Of a DNA stretch of 64,000 bases, positions 50,864 through 59,838 are shown in pieces (within the stretch, counting starts at the first letter, position 1; every line of letters begins with the position of its first letter). The notes beneath the pieces are model-generated. The model searched no databases. It was not told where the DNA came from and saw only the letters and a program-made list of their open reading frames with translations. The position numbers and the translations under genes are program-made. The stretch comes from Candidatus Palauibacter sp. (GTDB lineage: Bacteria > Gemmatimonadota > Gemmatimonadetes > Palauibacterales > Palauibacteraceae), in NCBI RefSeq assembly GCF_965221685.1, contig NZ_OZ244907.1; one strand, written 5' to 3'.

Positions 50864-52065
50864 GCCGCCGGAGCCGCCCGAGTTTCACGCGGGAGGCGGC
50901 CAACCGACTGTGGCTGCACCGGCAGGGGTTCGACAGGCCCCGCGGGTCGACCCCGCTCGACGCCGCGGCCTTCGTCGGCCACCTGGAGCGGACGGGCGCC
51001 CTCCAACTCGACAGCGTCAACGTCGTGGACCGGGCCCATTACCTGACCCTGTGGAGCCGGTTCGGTTCATACGACCGCGCGGACGTGGACCGATGGGTGT
51101 ACGGGGACCGCCTCGCCTACGAGTACTGGGGGCACGAAGCCTCGATCCTTCCCATCTCCCACCTCCCTCTGGGACGGCGGCGCATGCGACGCTTTCCTCC
51201 CGAGAGCTGGTCGGGACGCGCGTGGTGGGACCGATACGCGACCTCCACGGCGTCGAAGCGGCGGGTGCTGCGGCGGCTGCGCACCGAAGGACCTCTGGAG
51301 AGCGTCGACTTCCAGCCGCAGCCGGCCGACCGCGGGGAAAAGACCGACTCGCTCGGGTGGCGTCTGAAGGAGGACAAGCGCTCGCTCAAGCTGCTGTGGC
51401 ACGACGGACGCGTCGCGGTGACGGGGCGGCGTCACTTCCGCTGCGTCTACGACCTGGCGGAACGGGTCTACCCCGACGGCCCCGCCGCGACGCTCGCCGA
51501 GTACCACGACAGCTGGCTTCTCATCGCGCTTTCGGGCTGCGGTATCGCCCCCGAGCGGCACCTCGTCAACTACTTCACCGGACCGGAACTCAACGCCGCG
51601 GAGCGGCGCCGAACCATCGCCCGCAACCTGCGGGAGAAGCGGATCGTCAAGGTCGAGGTCGAGGGGCTGCGGGGGCCGTGCTACGCCCTGCCCGAACACC
51701 TGGACGGCATCGACAAGCTCCCGGAGCCCGCCGGGACGACGCTCATCTGCCCCTTCGATTCGCTGCTCTGGCAGCGGAAACGCGCCGCCGAATTCCTGGA
51801 TTTCAGCTACACCGTAGAGATCTACGTCCCGGCCGCGAAGCGAAAGTACGGCTACTACGTCCTGCCCATCCTGCACGAGGGCCGCCTCGTGGGCCGGCTC
51901 GACCCGAAACTCCACCGCGACCGCGGCGTGCTCGAAATCCGGGCGCTGCACTTCGAACCGGACTTCGCCCCGACCGCGCGCTTCGAGGCCGGACTGAACG
52001 CTGCCGTCGCGGACCTCGCCGGTTTCCTGGGTGCGACCGACATCACCATGCCGTCGAGCGGCTGA
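50860..52065 (+). CDS. YcaQ/AlkZ-like winged-helix DNA-binding protein (DUF1006 family)
   Basis: The conserved N-terminus (FTREAANRLWLHRQGF ... LERTGALQLDSVNVVDRAHYL) lies upstream of the ORF-track GTG at 51025, in the same frame. That frame opens after a TGA at 50845 and contains no ATG/GTG before 51025. The only candidate start is CTG 50860, which would form a CTGA overlap with the peptidase stop. The exact start is uncertain. Confidence 0.55.
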   Translation: MSRRSRPSFTREAANRLWLHRQGFDRPRGSTPLDAAAFVGHLERTGALQLDSVNVVDRAHYLTLWSRFGSYDRADVDRWVYGDRLAYEYWGHEASILPISHLPLGRRRMRRFPPESWSGRAWWDRYATSTASKRRVLRRLRTEGPLESVDFQPQPADRGEKTDSLGWRLKEDKRSLKLLWHDGRVAVTGRRHFRCVYDLAERVYPDGPAATLAEYHDSWLLIALSGCGIAPERHLVNYFTGPELNAAERRRTIARNLREKRIVKVEVEGLRGPCYALPEHLDGIDKLPEPAGTTLICPFDSLLWQRKRAAEFLDFSYTVEIYVPAAKRKYGYYVLPILHEGRLVGRLDPKLHRDRGVLEIRALHFEPDFAPTARFEAGLNAAVADLAGFLGATDITMPSSG

Positions 52066-52153
52066 GCGGCGCCTCGCGGGGGCATGGGTATGGACCGGCA
52101 GGACCGCCGGGACGTACCGTTGGGAAGGTTCTCGCGAACTTCGGAGGTTCACG

Positions 52154-53233
52154 ATGAAACGCCTGTTCCGGCCCCGCCCCGCATACTTTCCAGCGGTCAT
52201 CGTTCCGGGCCTGCTCGCCCTCGCACTCTCCCCCGCCATCGCCGTCGCGGCGCAGGAGGGGAAGCTGCGGATCGTCCAGACGAACTCGGCGGGGGACAAC
52301 GTCCACATCATCGATCCGGCCACGAACGAGGTCGTGCAGGTGATCGACGGGATTCCGAAGGCGCACGGGGTCGCCGCTGCTCCGGACGGGAGCGCGCTCT
52401 ACTTCAGCAACGAGATCGCCCGCACGCTGGAGACCGTCCCGACGGACGTCATGGAGGTCACGGAGCGGATCCCGTTGTCGGGGCGGCCGCACAACGTCGC
52501 GATCAGCAACGACGGCACGAAGGTGTACGTCGCGATCATCCAGGACTGCAGCTGCGTCGACATCGTGGACCTGGCGAAGGGCGAGGTCGTGAAATCGATC
52601 CCCACGCGGGGGACCGTGCACAACGTGTTCATGTCGCCGGACGGGCGGCACGTCGCGGCGGGGATGATCGGGGCGCGCACGCTGACGATCATCGACACGG
52701 CGATCGACGAGGCGATCTGGTCGCTCCACTTCAGCGGGCGCACAACCGGCGGGTATGCGGACGGGGGCGTGCGGCCGATGGCGTTCGAGACGCATCCCGA
52801 CGGATCCACGAAGCGTCTCTTCATACAGATCTCCAACTACCACGGTGTGTACGTAGTGGACTTCGAGCAGCGCAGGGTCGTGCAGAAGCTGGACATGCCC
52901 TCGCTGCCGATCTCGCGGGTGACGAACGACGCGCTGCAGGGGTCGCCGGGGCACGGCCTCGCGGTGTCCCCGGACGGACGGCAGCTCTGGTCGACGAGCA
53001 AGCCCAACGGGCACGTCTACGCTTGGTCGCTCCCGGAACTCGAGTATCTGGGCGGGGTCGAGGTCGGCCACATCCCCGACTGGCTCACGATGACCCCGGA
53101 CAGCCGGTATCTCTACGTGGCGAACGCGGGCTCGAACGACGTGTCGGTGGTGGACACGCAGGAGATGGTGGAGATCGCCCGCATCCCCGTCGGCCAGACG
53201 CCGAAGCGCAACAAGACCGTGGTGTTCCCGTGA
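52154..53233 (+). CDS. YVTN-family beta-propeller repeat protein, secreted
   Basis: Signal peptide MKRLFRPRPAYFPAVIVPGLLALALSPAIAVAAQ. Repeated ~40-aa units (PHNVAISNDGTKVYVA ..., GHGLAVSPDGRQLW ..., SRYLYVANAGSNDVSVVD). Confidence 0.7.
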   Translation: MKRLFRPRPAYFPAVIVPGLLALALSPAIAVAAQEGKLRIVQTNSAGDNVHIIDPATNEVVQVIDGIPKAHGVAAAPDGSALYFSNEIARTLETVPTDVMEVTERIPLSGRPHNVAISNDGTKVYVAIIQDCSCVDIVDLAKGEVVKSIPTRGTVHNVFMSPDGRHVAAGMIGARTLTIIDTAIDEAIWSLHFSGRTTGGYADGGVRPMAFETHPDGSTKRLFIQISNYHGVYVVDFEQRRVVQKLDMPSLPISRVTNDALQGSPGHGLAVSPDGRQLWSTSKPNGHVYAWSLPELEYLGGVEVGHIPDWLTMTPDSRYLYVANAGSNDVSVVDTQEMVEIARIPVGQTPKRNKTVVFP

Positions 53234-54117
53234 GCCGCGCGCGGCGACCTTCGCGCCGTCCCTTGGGCGCCCCGCGGCCGTCCACGGTTCTCGCGCTCGC
53301 GTTGCTGGCGCCGGCTTCCGGGACCAGCGGGGTCGTGGGCCAGGAACCCCTGAGTTTCGAGCGCTACCGCGAGACCATCGAACCCATCTTCCTCGCGGAC
53401 CGCGGCGGGTGGGGACCGGGGCGGGCGCCCTGCGTCACCTGCCACGCCGAGCAGGGCACACCGCTGCGGCTTCAGCGGCTTCGCGAGACGGCGGACGGCG
53501 ACGTGTACTGGTCGGAGGACGATTCCCGTCGGAACTTCGAGGTCGTGTCGCGTCTCGTCACGCCCGGCGACCCGGACCGCAGCCGGCTTCTGAGGAAGGC
53601 GCTCGTCGTGCCGGAGGGCGGCGCGGCCCTCCATGTGGGGGGGAAGTTTTTCGAGTCAAAGTCGGACCCGGAGTGGCAAGCGATGGCCGACTGGGTCGCG
53701 GCGGCCGATCCGGTGGAGCGCCCTGCCCCGCCGCGGCTCGACTTCGACTTCTTCCGCGACTGCGTCCAGAGGATGTACCTCGATAAGCGCCCGGGCGACG
53801 TGGAGTGCATCCACTGTCATGAGACGGGCGTGCGCGGCTTCGCGCGGCACATCCCGGAGGGGCGCGACTTCTGGAACGAGGAGGAATCGCGCGGCAACTT
53901 CGCGATCACCCGCCGCTACGTGGAGCCCGGCGAGCCGATGATGAGCCGGCTCCTCACGCACGCCCTCTCCCCCGCCGCGGGCGGCGACTACTTCCACGGT
54001 GGCCCCCGCCGCTGGGACTCGACGGATGACCCCGAATGGCAGATGCTCGCCGCCTGGGTGCGCGGCGAGACCCCCGAGTGCGTGGTCGGAGCGGAGGCTG
54101 ACGCCGGGGGTCGATGA
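53230..54117 (+). CDS. Di-haem c-type cytochrome-like protein (two PSCyt1-like repeats)
   Basis: Two CxxCH motifs (CVTCHAEQG, CIHCHETG), each followed by PG[DE]P..SRLL. Signal peptide. GTGA overlap upstream and ATGA overlap downstream. Confidence 0.65.
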   Translation: MSRARRPSRRPLGAPRPSTVLALALLAPASGTSGVVGQEPLSFERYRETIEPIFLADRGGWGPGRAPCVTCHAEQGTPLRLQRLRETADGDVYWSEDDSRRNFEVVSRLVTPGDPDRSRLLRKALVVPEGGAALHVGGKFFESKSDPEWQAMADWVAAADPVERPAPPRLDFDFFRDCVQRMYLDKRPGDVECIHCHETGVRGFARHIPEGRDFWNEEESRGNFAITRRYVEPGEPMMSRLLTHALSPAAGGDYFHGGPRRWDSTDDPEWQMLAAWVRGETPECVVGAEADAGGR

Positions 54118-55313
54118 CGAGACCGCTCGACATCGCCGTCATCGGGGGCGGGATCGTCGGGCTCGCCACAGCCGACGCCCTCCGCCGGACCCGGCCGGAC
54201 CTTTCCCTCACCGTGCTCGAGAAGGAGCCGGAGGTCGCGGCGCACCAGACGGGCCGCAACAGCGGCGTCATCCATGCCGGGCTGTACTACGCGCCCGGGT
54301 CGCTCAAGGCGCGGCTGTGCACCGAGGGCGCCGAGCAGCTGTTTCGCTACTGCGCCGAGCGAGGCATTCCGACCACGCGCACCGGCAAGATCGTCGTCGC
54401 TACATCGCGGGATCAGCTCACCTCCCTCGCCGAACTCGAGCGGCGCGGCACGGCGAACGGCGTCGCGATGCAGCGGATCGGCCCCGGCGGAATCGCGGAG
54501 ATCGAACCGCACGCGCGCGGCGTCGAGGCGCTCCACGTACCGGCCACCGGGGCGGTCGACTTCGGGGACGTGGCGCGAGCCTTCGCGGTGGATCTTTCCC
54601 GCGCGGGCCACCCCATCCGCACCGGCTTCGAGGTGCGGGAAGCCCGCCGCTCCGGCCACTGCACCGTGCTCGCCGGCCCCACGGGCGACATCCCGGCCAG
54701 AGTCGTCGTCAACTGCGCCGGGCTGCACGTCGACCGCGTGATGCGGACCCTCGGGCACGAGCCCGACCTCAAGGTTCTCCCCTTCCGGGGCGAGTACTGG
54801 GGCCTCTCCGAAGCCGCCGCCGGACTTGTGCGGGGCCACATCTACCCGGTTCCGGACCCCCGGCTCCCCCACCTCGGCGTCCACTTCACCCGGAACGTGG
54901 CCGGGCGCGTGGAACTCGGTCCGAACGCGGTGTGGGCCTGGGGCCGGGAGGCGTACGGCCGCCTCTCGGGACGCCTTCCCGACGCGCTGGAGGCGCTGAG
55001 CTACCGCGGTTTCAGACGCCTCGCGCAGACCCACTGGCGCACCGCCATGGAGGAGCAGTGGCGCTCGCTGGACCGGAGATCCGTCGTGCGGAAGGCACGC
55101 GCCATGCTGCCCGAACTCGAAGTGCGCGACCTCGAGAGTTGGCGCTCCGGCATCCGCGCACAGGCCGTGGACACGGATGGCGCCCTCGTCCACGACTTCG
55201 TGATTCGGGAGGGACCGGGCGTCGTGAACGTGCTCAACGCCCCCTCCCCCGCCGCGACCGCCTGCCTCGCGATCGGACACCACATCGCGAAGCGCGCCCT
55301 CCAGCAACTCTGA
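54114..55313 (+). CDS. lhgO: FAD-dependent L-2-hydroxyglutarate oxidase/dehydrogenase-like (LhgO family)
   Basis: DIAVIGGGIVGLATA dinucleotide-binding motif at the extreme N-terminus and LhgO-like length and blocks (GVIHAGLYY, RTGKIVVAT, VVNCAGL). Confidence 0.7.
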   Translation: MTRPLDIAVIGGGIVGLATADALRRTRPDLSLTVLEKEPEVAAHQTGRNSGVIHAGLYYAPGSLKARLCTEGAEQLFRYCAERGIPTTRTGKIVVATSRDQLTSLAELERRGTANGVAMQRIGPGGIAEIEPHARGVEALHVPATGAVDFGDVARAFAVDLSRAGHPIRTGFEVREARRSGHCTVLAGPTGDIPARVVVNCAGLHVDRVMRTLGHEPDLKVLPFRGEYWGLSEAAAGLVRGHIYPVPDPRLPHLGVHFTRNVAGRVELGPNAVWAWGREAYGRLSGRLPDALEALSYRGFRRLAQTHWRTAMEEQWRSLDRRSVVRKARAMLPELEVRDLESWRSGIRAQAVDTDGALVHDFVIREGPGVVNVLNAPSPAATACLAIGHHIAKRALQQL

Positions 55314-55483
55314 CCGGCCTCGACTGAACGTCCCCGATTGCCGGATCGGGCAGATCAGCGGTCGAATCGGACGGGATCGGGACGAACCAACCCTGCTCTT
55401 GACAGACCAGGAGGTGGTCGACGAAGCCCTCGTTCACGGCCGCGGATCGGTGCGGCGAGAGGGGTGGCGGTTCTCCCTCGCGG

Positions 55484-56269
55484 TCAGGACGCGTAGTCCT
55501 GGCCTTCGGCGTCGAGCACTTCCTTCATGCCCTCGAGATAGCCGGCCTCGCCCGTCGACTCGACGGACATGTCGGCGTTGTGCTGCGCCGCTTCGGCCGG
55601 GATCGGGCGGATCTTCCGGCCCGCCTGGAGCGCGAGCATCTCGTTCATGCAGGCGCGCTCGAGTTGGTAGAGCCACAGCATGGCCTTCTCGATGGTATCG
55701 CCGACCAGCAGCACGCCGTGGTTCGCGAGGAAGAGGACCCGCTTGTCGCCCAGCGCCTCGACCATGCGCTCGCCTTCGTCCGCCTCCGTGACGATCCCCT
55801 CGTACCCGAAGTACGCGCAGTTCCCGTAGAAGACCGCCGCGTTCTGGCTCCCGCGCTCGTCCAGCCGCCACCCGTCGATCGATGCGAGTGCCGTGCTGTA
55901 CGGAGCGTGGATGTGGAGCGCGCACATGATGTCGGGCCGCGCGCGCTGGACGGGCTCGTGAATCGCCCATGCGCTCACGTTCAGACGCCCTTCCCCGCCC
56001 ACGGGACGCCCGTCCGGGCCCACCTCCACGAGACTGCTGGCCGTGACGCGCGAGAAGTGCGTCTGCCCGGGCGAAATGAGCAGGTGGCCCGGCCTCCCCG
56101 GCACCTTGCAGCTCAGGTGGTTCCACGTCCCCTCGTGCATGTTTTCATGCACGATGATCCGGTGCACCGCCGCGAAGTCGACCCGCGCCCGCCGGATCGC
56201 GGCTTCGTCGATGCTTTCCCCGGCGGGGGACGGAGCGGGAGCGACTGCGGTCTCCAGCGTGCTCATCAT
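55484..56269 (-). CDS. Class II aldolase/adducin-family protein
   Basis: HIHAPY and HEN...H metal-binding pattern of class II aldolases. GGAGG SD before the tandem ATG ATG. Confidence 0.8.
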   Translation of the reverse strand: MMSTLETAVAPAPSPAGESIDEAAIRRARVDFAAVHRIIVHENMHEGTWNHLSCKVPGRPGHLLISPGQTHFSRVTASSLVEVGPDGRPVGGEGRLNVSAWAIHEPVQRARPDIMCALHIHAPYSTALASIDGWRLDERGSQNAAVFYGNCAYFGYEGIVTEADEGERMVEALGDKRVLFLANHGVLLVGDTIEKAMLWLYQLERACMNEMLALQAGRKIRPIPAEAAQHNADMSVESTGEAGYLEGMKEVLDAEGQDYAS

Positions 56270-56439
56270 CTGCCTCCTCGGAAGACGAACCCGGCTCTCC
56301 ACCCAAAGCTCACTCCCGATACGCGGACGATCAAGCGGGGCCTTTATTCCCTTCCGCAGGGTGTCATGATTCGGATCTCCCAGCCGTTCGACAGAGGAAG
56401 GATCTGCACGCACTGAACCTGCGCTGCACGAGCGACCAC

Positions 56440-57129
56440 ATGACGAACATTATCGCCGCACTCCTCGTCGCCTCTGCCGGCGCCCTCGACCCAACCGGGG
56501 CGGCGAGTTCATCGATCCCGTTCAAGTGTGCTCCACGCGTGGGCGGAGATCCCGGCATGCCGGAGACGGCCATCATCATCGATCACGAGCCGTTCGAGGG
56601 CGACGTGTCCTCGTGGTACAAGGACCATGAAGATGACGTGTACTGGGGGGAGATCGTGTGCTGGCGCTGGGTCGAGGAGCACCTGGGGATCACGATCCGT
56701 CAGGGGGCAACCTACGTCTTGACCCGGAAGTGGGTGGAAGACACGCGGCAGGCGGGCATCGCCAGCCTCGAAGCTCTGATCGCGGCGCAGAACCGGTATC
56801 ATCGCGCCCACGGGTCCTTCGCCGGCGACCTGCGCCTCCTGTCCGGCTTCGGGGCCTTCTCCAGCTACGGCCTCCCCGAGTACCTCCGGCTGGAGCTGCA
56901 ACGGACCGAAGACGGCTGGGGAGCGACGCTCGAGGCCAGCCAGAGCTGGTTGGCGGCGTTCCGATATTCGTCGCCGATACCTCCCTGTTATGCGTTCGTG
57001 GGCACTCCTCCCGCGGAATGGGACGACTGGAAGGGCACCGGAACCGAGAGCCCCGGCGATCCGATTGAAGGCCGGCCGGCCTGCGTCGACCGGTACGCCG
57101 AAGACGATGCCGGGAAAGAAGGAACCTGA
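56440..57129 (+). CDS. Hypothetical secreted protein
   Basis: Signal-like N-terminus (MTNIIAALLVASAGALDP). No recognisable domain. Confidence 0.4.
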   Translation: MTNIIAALLVASAGALDPTGAASSSIPFKCAPRVGGDPGMPETAIIIDHEPFEGDVSSWYKDHEDDVYWGEIVCWRWVEEHLGITIRQGATYVLTRKWVEDTRQAGIASLEALIAAQNRYHRAHGSFAGDLRLLSGFGAFSSYGLPEYLRLELQRTEDGWGATLEASQSWLAAFRYSSPIPPCYAFVGTPPAEWDDWKGTGTESPGDPIEGRPACVDRYAEDDAGKEGT

Positions 57130-57202
57130 CGCCCCTCCCGGTTCCCACGTCCCGGCTCAGCGATTACCATCCCGCGCTCACGAACCCTCGGGAGAAGCGC
57201 GC

Positions 57203-58228
57203 GTGCCCCCAGAATCCAAAGCTGCGTCCGAACCGCTCGACGTGATCGTCGTCGGGGCCGGCCCATGCGGGCTCGCCGTGGCGGTGGCCGTGAAGGAGTG
57301 CGGGCTGCGCTACGCGATCCTCGACCGGGGGTGCATCACCGAGTCGCTGACCCGTTACCCCTCCTACATGACGTTCTTCTCCACGGCGGAGCGGCTGGAG
57401 ATCGGGGACGTCCCCTTCACGATTCCGGAGCCGAAACCCACGCGGCGCGACGCCCTCGCCTACTACCGGCATGTCGTCGCCCACCACGGTATCGGGGTTC
57501 GCCAGTACGAGGAGGTGACGGGCATTGAGCGGGAGAACGACGTCTTCACCGTCCACACCCGCACCCGGGACGGACGGGAGGATTGTCTCGCCTCCCGGGC
57601 CGTGGTCGTCGCCACCGGCGGCTTCGGCGAGCCGAACCGGCTCGGATTCGAGGGGGAGGACCCGCACCGCCGCGTCATCCATTACTACAAGGAGCCCTTC
57701 CCCTTCTTCGACCAGGACGTGCTCGTCGTGGGAGGCGGAAACTCGGCGGTGGAAGCGGCGCTGGAGTTGTACCGCAACGGCGTGCGCGTCCGCATGGTGC
57801 ACTTCGCCGAAGCTCTGGACCGCGGCGTCAAGCCGTGGGTGCGCCCCGACATCGAGAACCGGATCGAGAGCGGAGAGATTCCGATGCACTGGGGGTCCCG
57901 CGTCGCCCGGCTGGGTACGGGGAGCGCGACGATCGTCGAGGAATCCACGGGGGCGGAGACCGAGGTCCCAAACGATTGGGTGCTCGCGATGACAGGCTGG
58001 CGACCGGACGCGGCGCTGCTCACGGGTCTAGGCGTCGAGACGGATCCGGACACGGGGATTCCTGCGCACGACCCGGAGACCATGGAGACGACGGTGCCGG
58101 GCGTCTACATCGCGGGCGTGATCGCCGCGGGCTTCAACGCCAACAAGATCTTCATCGAGAACGGCCGAGAGCACGGCGCCCTCATCGCTGCCCGCCTGGT
58201 CGCTCGCCTCGGAGCCGCCAGCCGCTGA
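57203..58228 (+). CDS. YpdA-like NAD(P)/FAD-dependent oxidoreductase (thioredoxin-reductase-like flavoprotein; putative bacillithiol-disulfide-reductase family)
   Basis: VIVVGAGPCGLA, VVATGG, VLVVGGGNSAVE: two dinucleotide-binding motifs spaced as in YpdA/TrxB-like proteins. GTG start. Confidence 0.65.
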   Translation: MPPESKAASEPLDVIVVGAGPCGLAVAVAVKECGLRYAILDRGCITESLTRYPSYMTFFSTAERLEIGDVPFTIPEPKPTRRDALAYYRHVVAHHGIGVRQYEEVTGIERENDVFTVHTRTRDGREDCLASRAVVVATGGFGEPNRLGFEGEDPHRRVIHYYKEPFPFFDQDVLVVGGGNSAVEAALELYRNGVRVRMVHFAEALDRGVKPWVRPDIENRIESGEIPMHWGSRVARLGTGSATIVEESTGAETEVPNDWVLAMTGWRPDAALLTGLGVETDPDTGIPAHDPETMETTVPGVYIAGVIAAGFNANKIFIENGREHGALIAARLVARLGAASR

Positions 58229-58241
58229 TCAGCGCCCGCGT

Positions 58242-59675
58242 TCAGCCTTCCGGCTTCAGGACGCTGATGATCGGCGCCACGGGCAGCGCGTCGAGGTCGA
58301 CCCGCTGCCCGTCCTTGATCACGGCGTGGATCGACCGGTAGTTGCGGGCCGCCTCCAGCGGATTCGCGTCCAGGATGACGAGGTCCGCGATCATCCCCGG
58401 CTGCAGCGAGCCGATCTCGTCGTCGAGTTCGTAGGCGCGCGCGATGTGGCTCGTGACGGAGCGCAGGATCTCCATCGGCTCCATTCCGAGTTCCTCGAGC
58501 GCGGCCAGGGCGTTGAAGTGGCCCTCGCCCAGCTTCGTCCGCTGATCCACGGTGTCCGAAGCGATCGTGGCGGACTCCGCAAGCAACACCGGATGCTTGA
58601 TGCCGGCATCCGTCGAGAGGAGCATCGAAACGCCGGCCTCGATCATCCGCGCCTGGTTTTCACGGCCGACGGTCATGTAGGGCGTGAGCGTCCCGTCCGG
58701 GTTGTGTTCCTGGAGCGCCTCCAGACGTCGCTGCGTGATCGGGAGCACCGAGACGGCGATATCCCGCTCGACGAGCTTCCGCATCGTTTCCATCGGAATC
58801 GGAACGACGGGACCGGAGATGTCGCCGTGCGTGATGATGTCGACCCCAGCCTCGATCGCCATGTCGAGGCTTTCGACGGACGTCGTGTGCGTCTGGACGG
58901 TCATGCCCGCCCGGTGCCCTTCCTCGACGATCGCGCGCTGCACGCGCTCGGAGAAGGAGATGAAGTACATCTCCACGTGGCTGCTCGACCCGTACTTGAG
59001 GAAGTCGACACCCGTCCCCGTGTATTCGCGGATCGCGGCGCGCACGGAATCCGGCGTCATCCACATGAGATCCCGTCCCGTCCCGTGCACCCACGCCTCG
59101 TTCGTCCGGTTCACGAAAGACTTGCTCACGTGGGCCGCCGCCGCCGCGCGGAAGTCGGCCGAGAGGGGCCCGTCGAAGCCGATGATGTTGCCGGCGAAGT
59201 AGATCCGGCTCCCGGGCGCCTCTCCCTCGTTGATCGTGTCGCGCGCCTTGGCCAGCGAGGCCAACGGTCCCCAGGTGTCGAAGACGGTCGTCTGCCCCGT
59301 CTTGAGCGCGAGTTGCGCGGCCTCCAGCACGATCTCGTGGTAACGGCCCTCGTACTTGATGAGGGTTTCGAGATCGAGGTTCAGGTAGAGGTGAACGTTC
59401 GCATCCATAAGCCCGGGAATGACGTACTTGCCCCGCGCATCGATGACGGACGTTCCCGCGGGAACATCGACGGCGCCGGCCGGACCCACCGCGGTGATCC
59501 GCCCATCCGTCATCAAGACGACGCCGTCTTCGAGCGGCGCCTCGGCCAGCGGATCGATAACGGTCGCCCCCGTGACCGCGAGCGTCTGCCCCACAGCGGC
59601 CGAGGGGTCTGCGCCCTCCGCGAGCGCCAGGGCAAGTGCCAGCAGTGCCAGGAGCCTTGCGAGCTTTCGGATCAT
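58242..59675 (-). CDS. Amidohydrolase-family metal-dependent hydrolase, secreted
   Basis: Signal peptide. NVHLY (HxH-like) start of the TIM barrel ... ITHGD ... STDAG. Confidence 0.75.
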   Translation of the reverse strand: MIRKLARLLALLALALALAEGADPSAAVGQTLAVTGATVIDPLAEAPLEDGVVLMTDGRITAVGPAGAVDVPAGTSVIDARGKYVIPGLMDANVHLYLNLDLETLIKYEGRYHEIVLEAAQLALKTGQTTVFDTWGPLASLAKARDTINEGEAPGSRIYFAGNIIGFDGPLSADFRAAAAAHVSKSFVNRTNEAWVHGTGRDLMWMTPDSVRAAIREYTGTGVDFLKYGSSSHVEMYFISFSERVQRAIVEEGHRAGMTVQTHTTSVESLDMAIEAGVDIITHGDISGPVVPIPMETMRKLVERDIAVSVLPITQRRLEALQEHNPDGTLTPYMTVGRENQARMIEAGVSMLLSTDAGIKHPVLLAESATIASDTVDQRTKLGEGHFNALAALEELGMEPMEILRSVTSHIARAYELDDEIGSLQPGMIADLVILDANPLEAARNYRSIHAVIKDGQRVDLDALPVAPIISVLKPEG

Positions 59676-59838
59676 CTGTCCCTCCCATACCTGCAGCGGA
59701 CGGTCCTCAGGCGGTGCTGAAGACTACACGGGAGATCTTCACGGAAGAAGGGACTCGGGGGGACGCTTGAATGTCGGCGATTCGAGACCGAGGATGGGGC
59801 GACGGCCGACAGCGACATCGATTACCGGAGGTCATGAG

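Noticed and set aside
55314-55483. Hairpins (CAGGAC-GCGTA-GTCCTG; GCGAGAGGG...CCCTCGC) between convergent lhgO and the aldolase gene
   Set aside because: Plausible stems but no flanking U-tracts. Possibly Rho-dependent or just GC-rich noise. Too weak to call.
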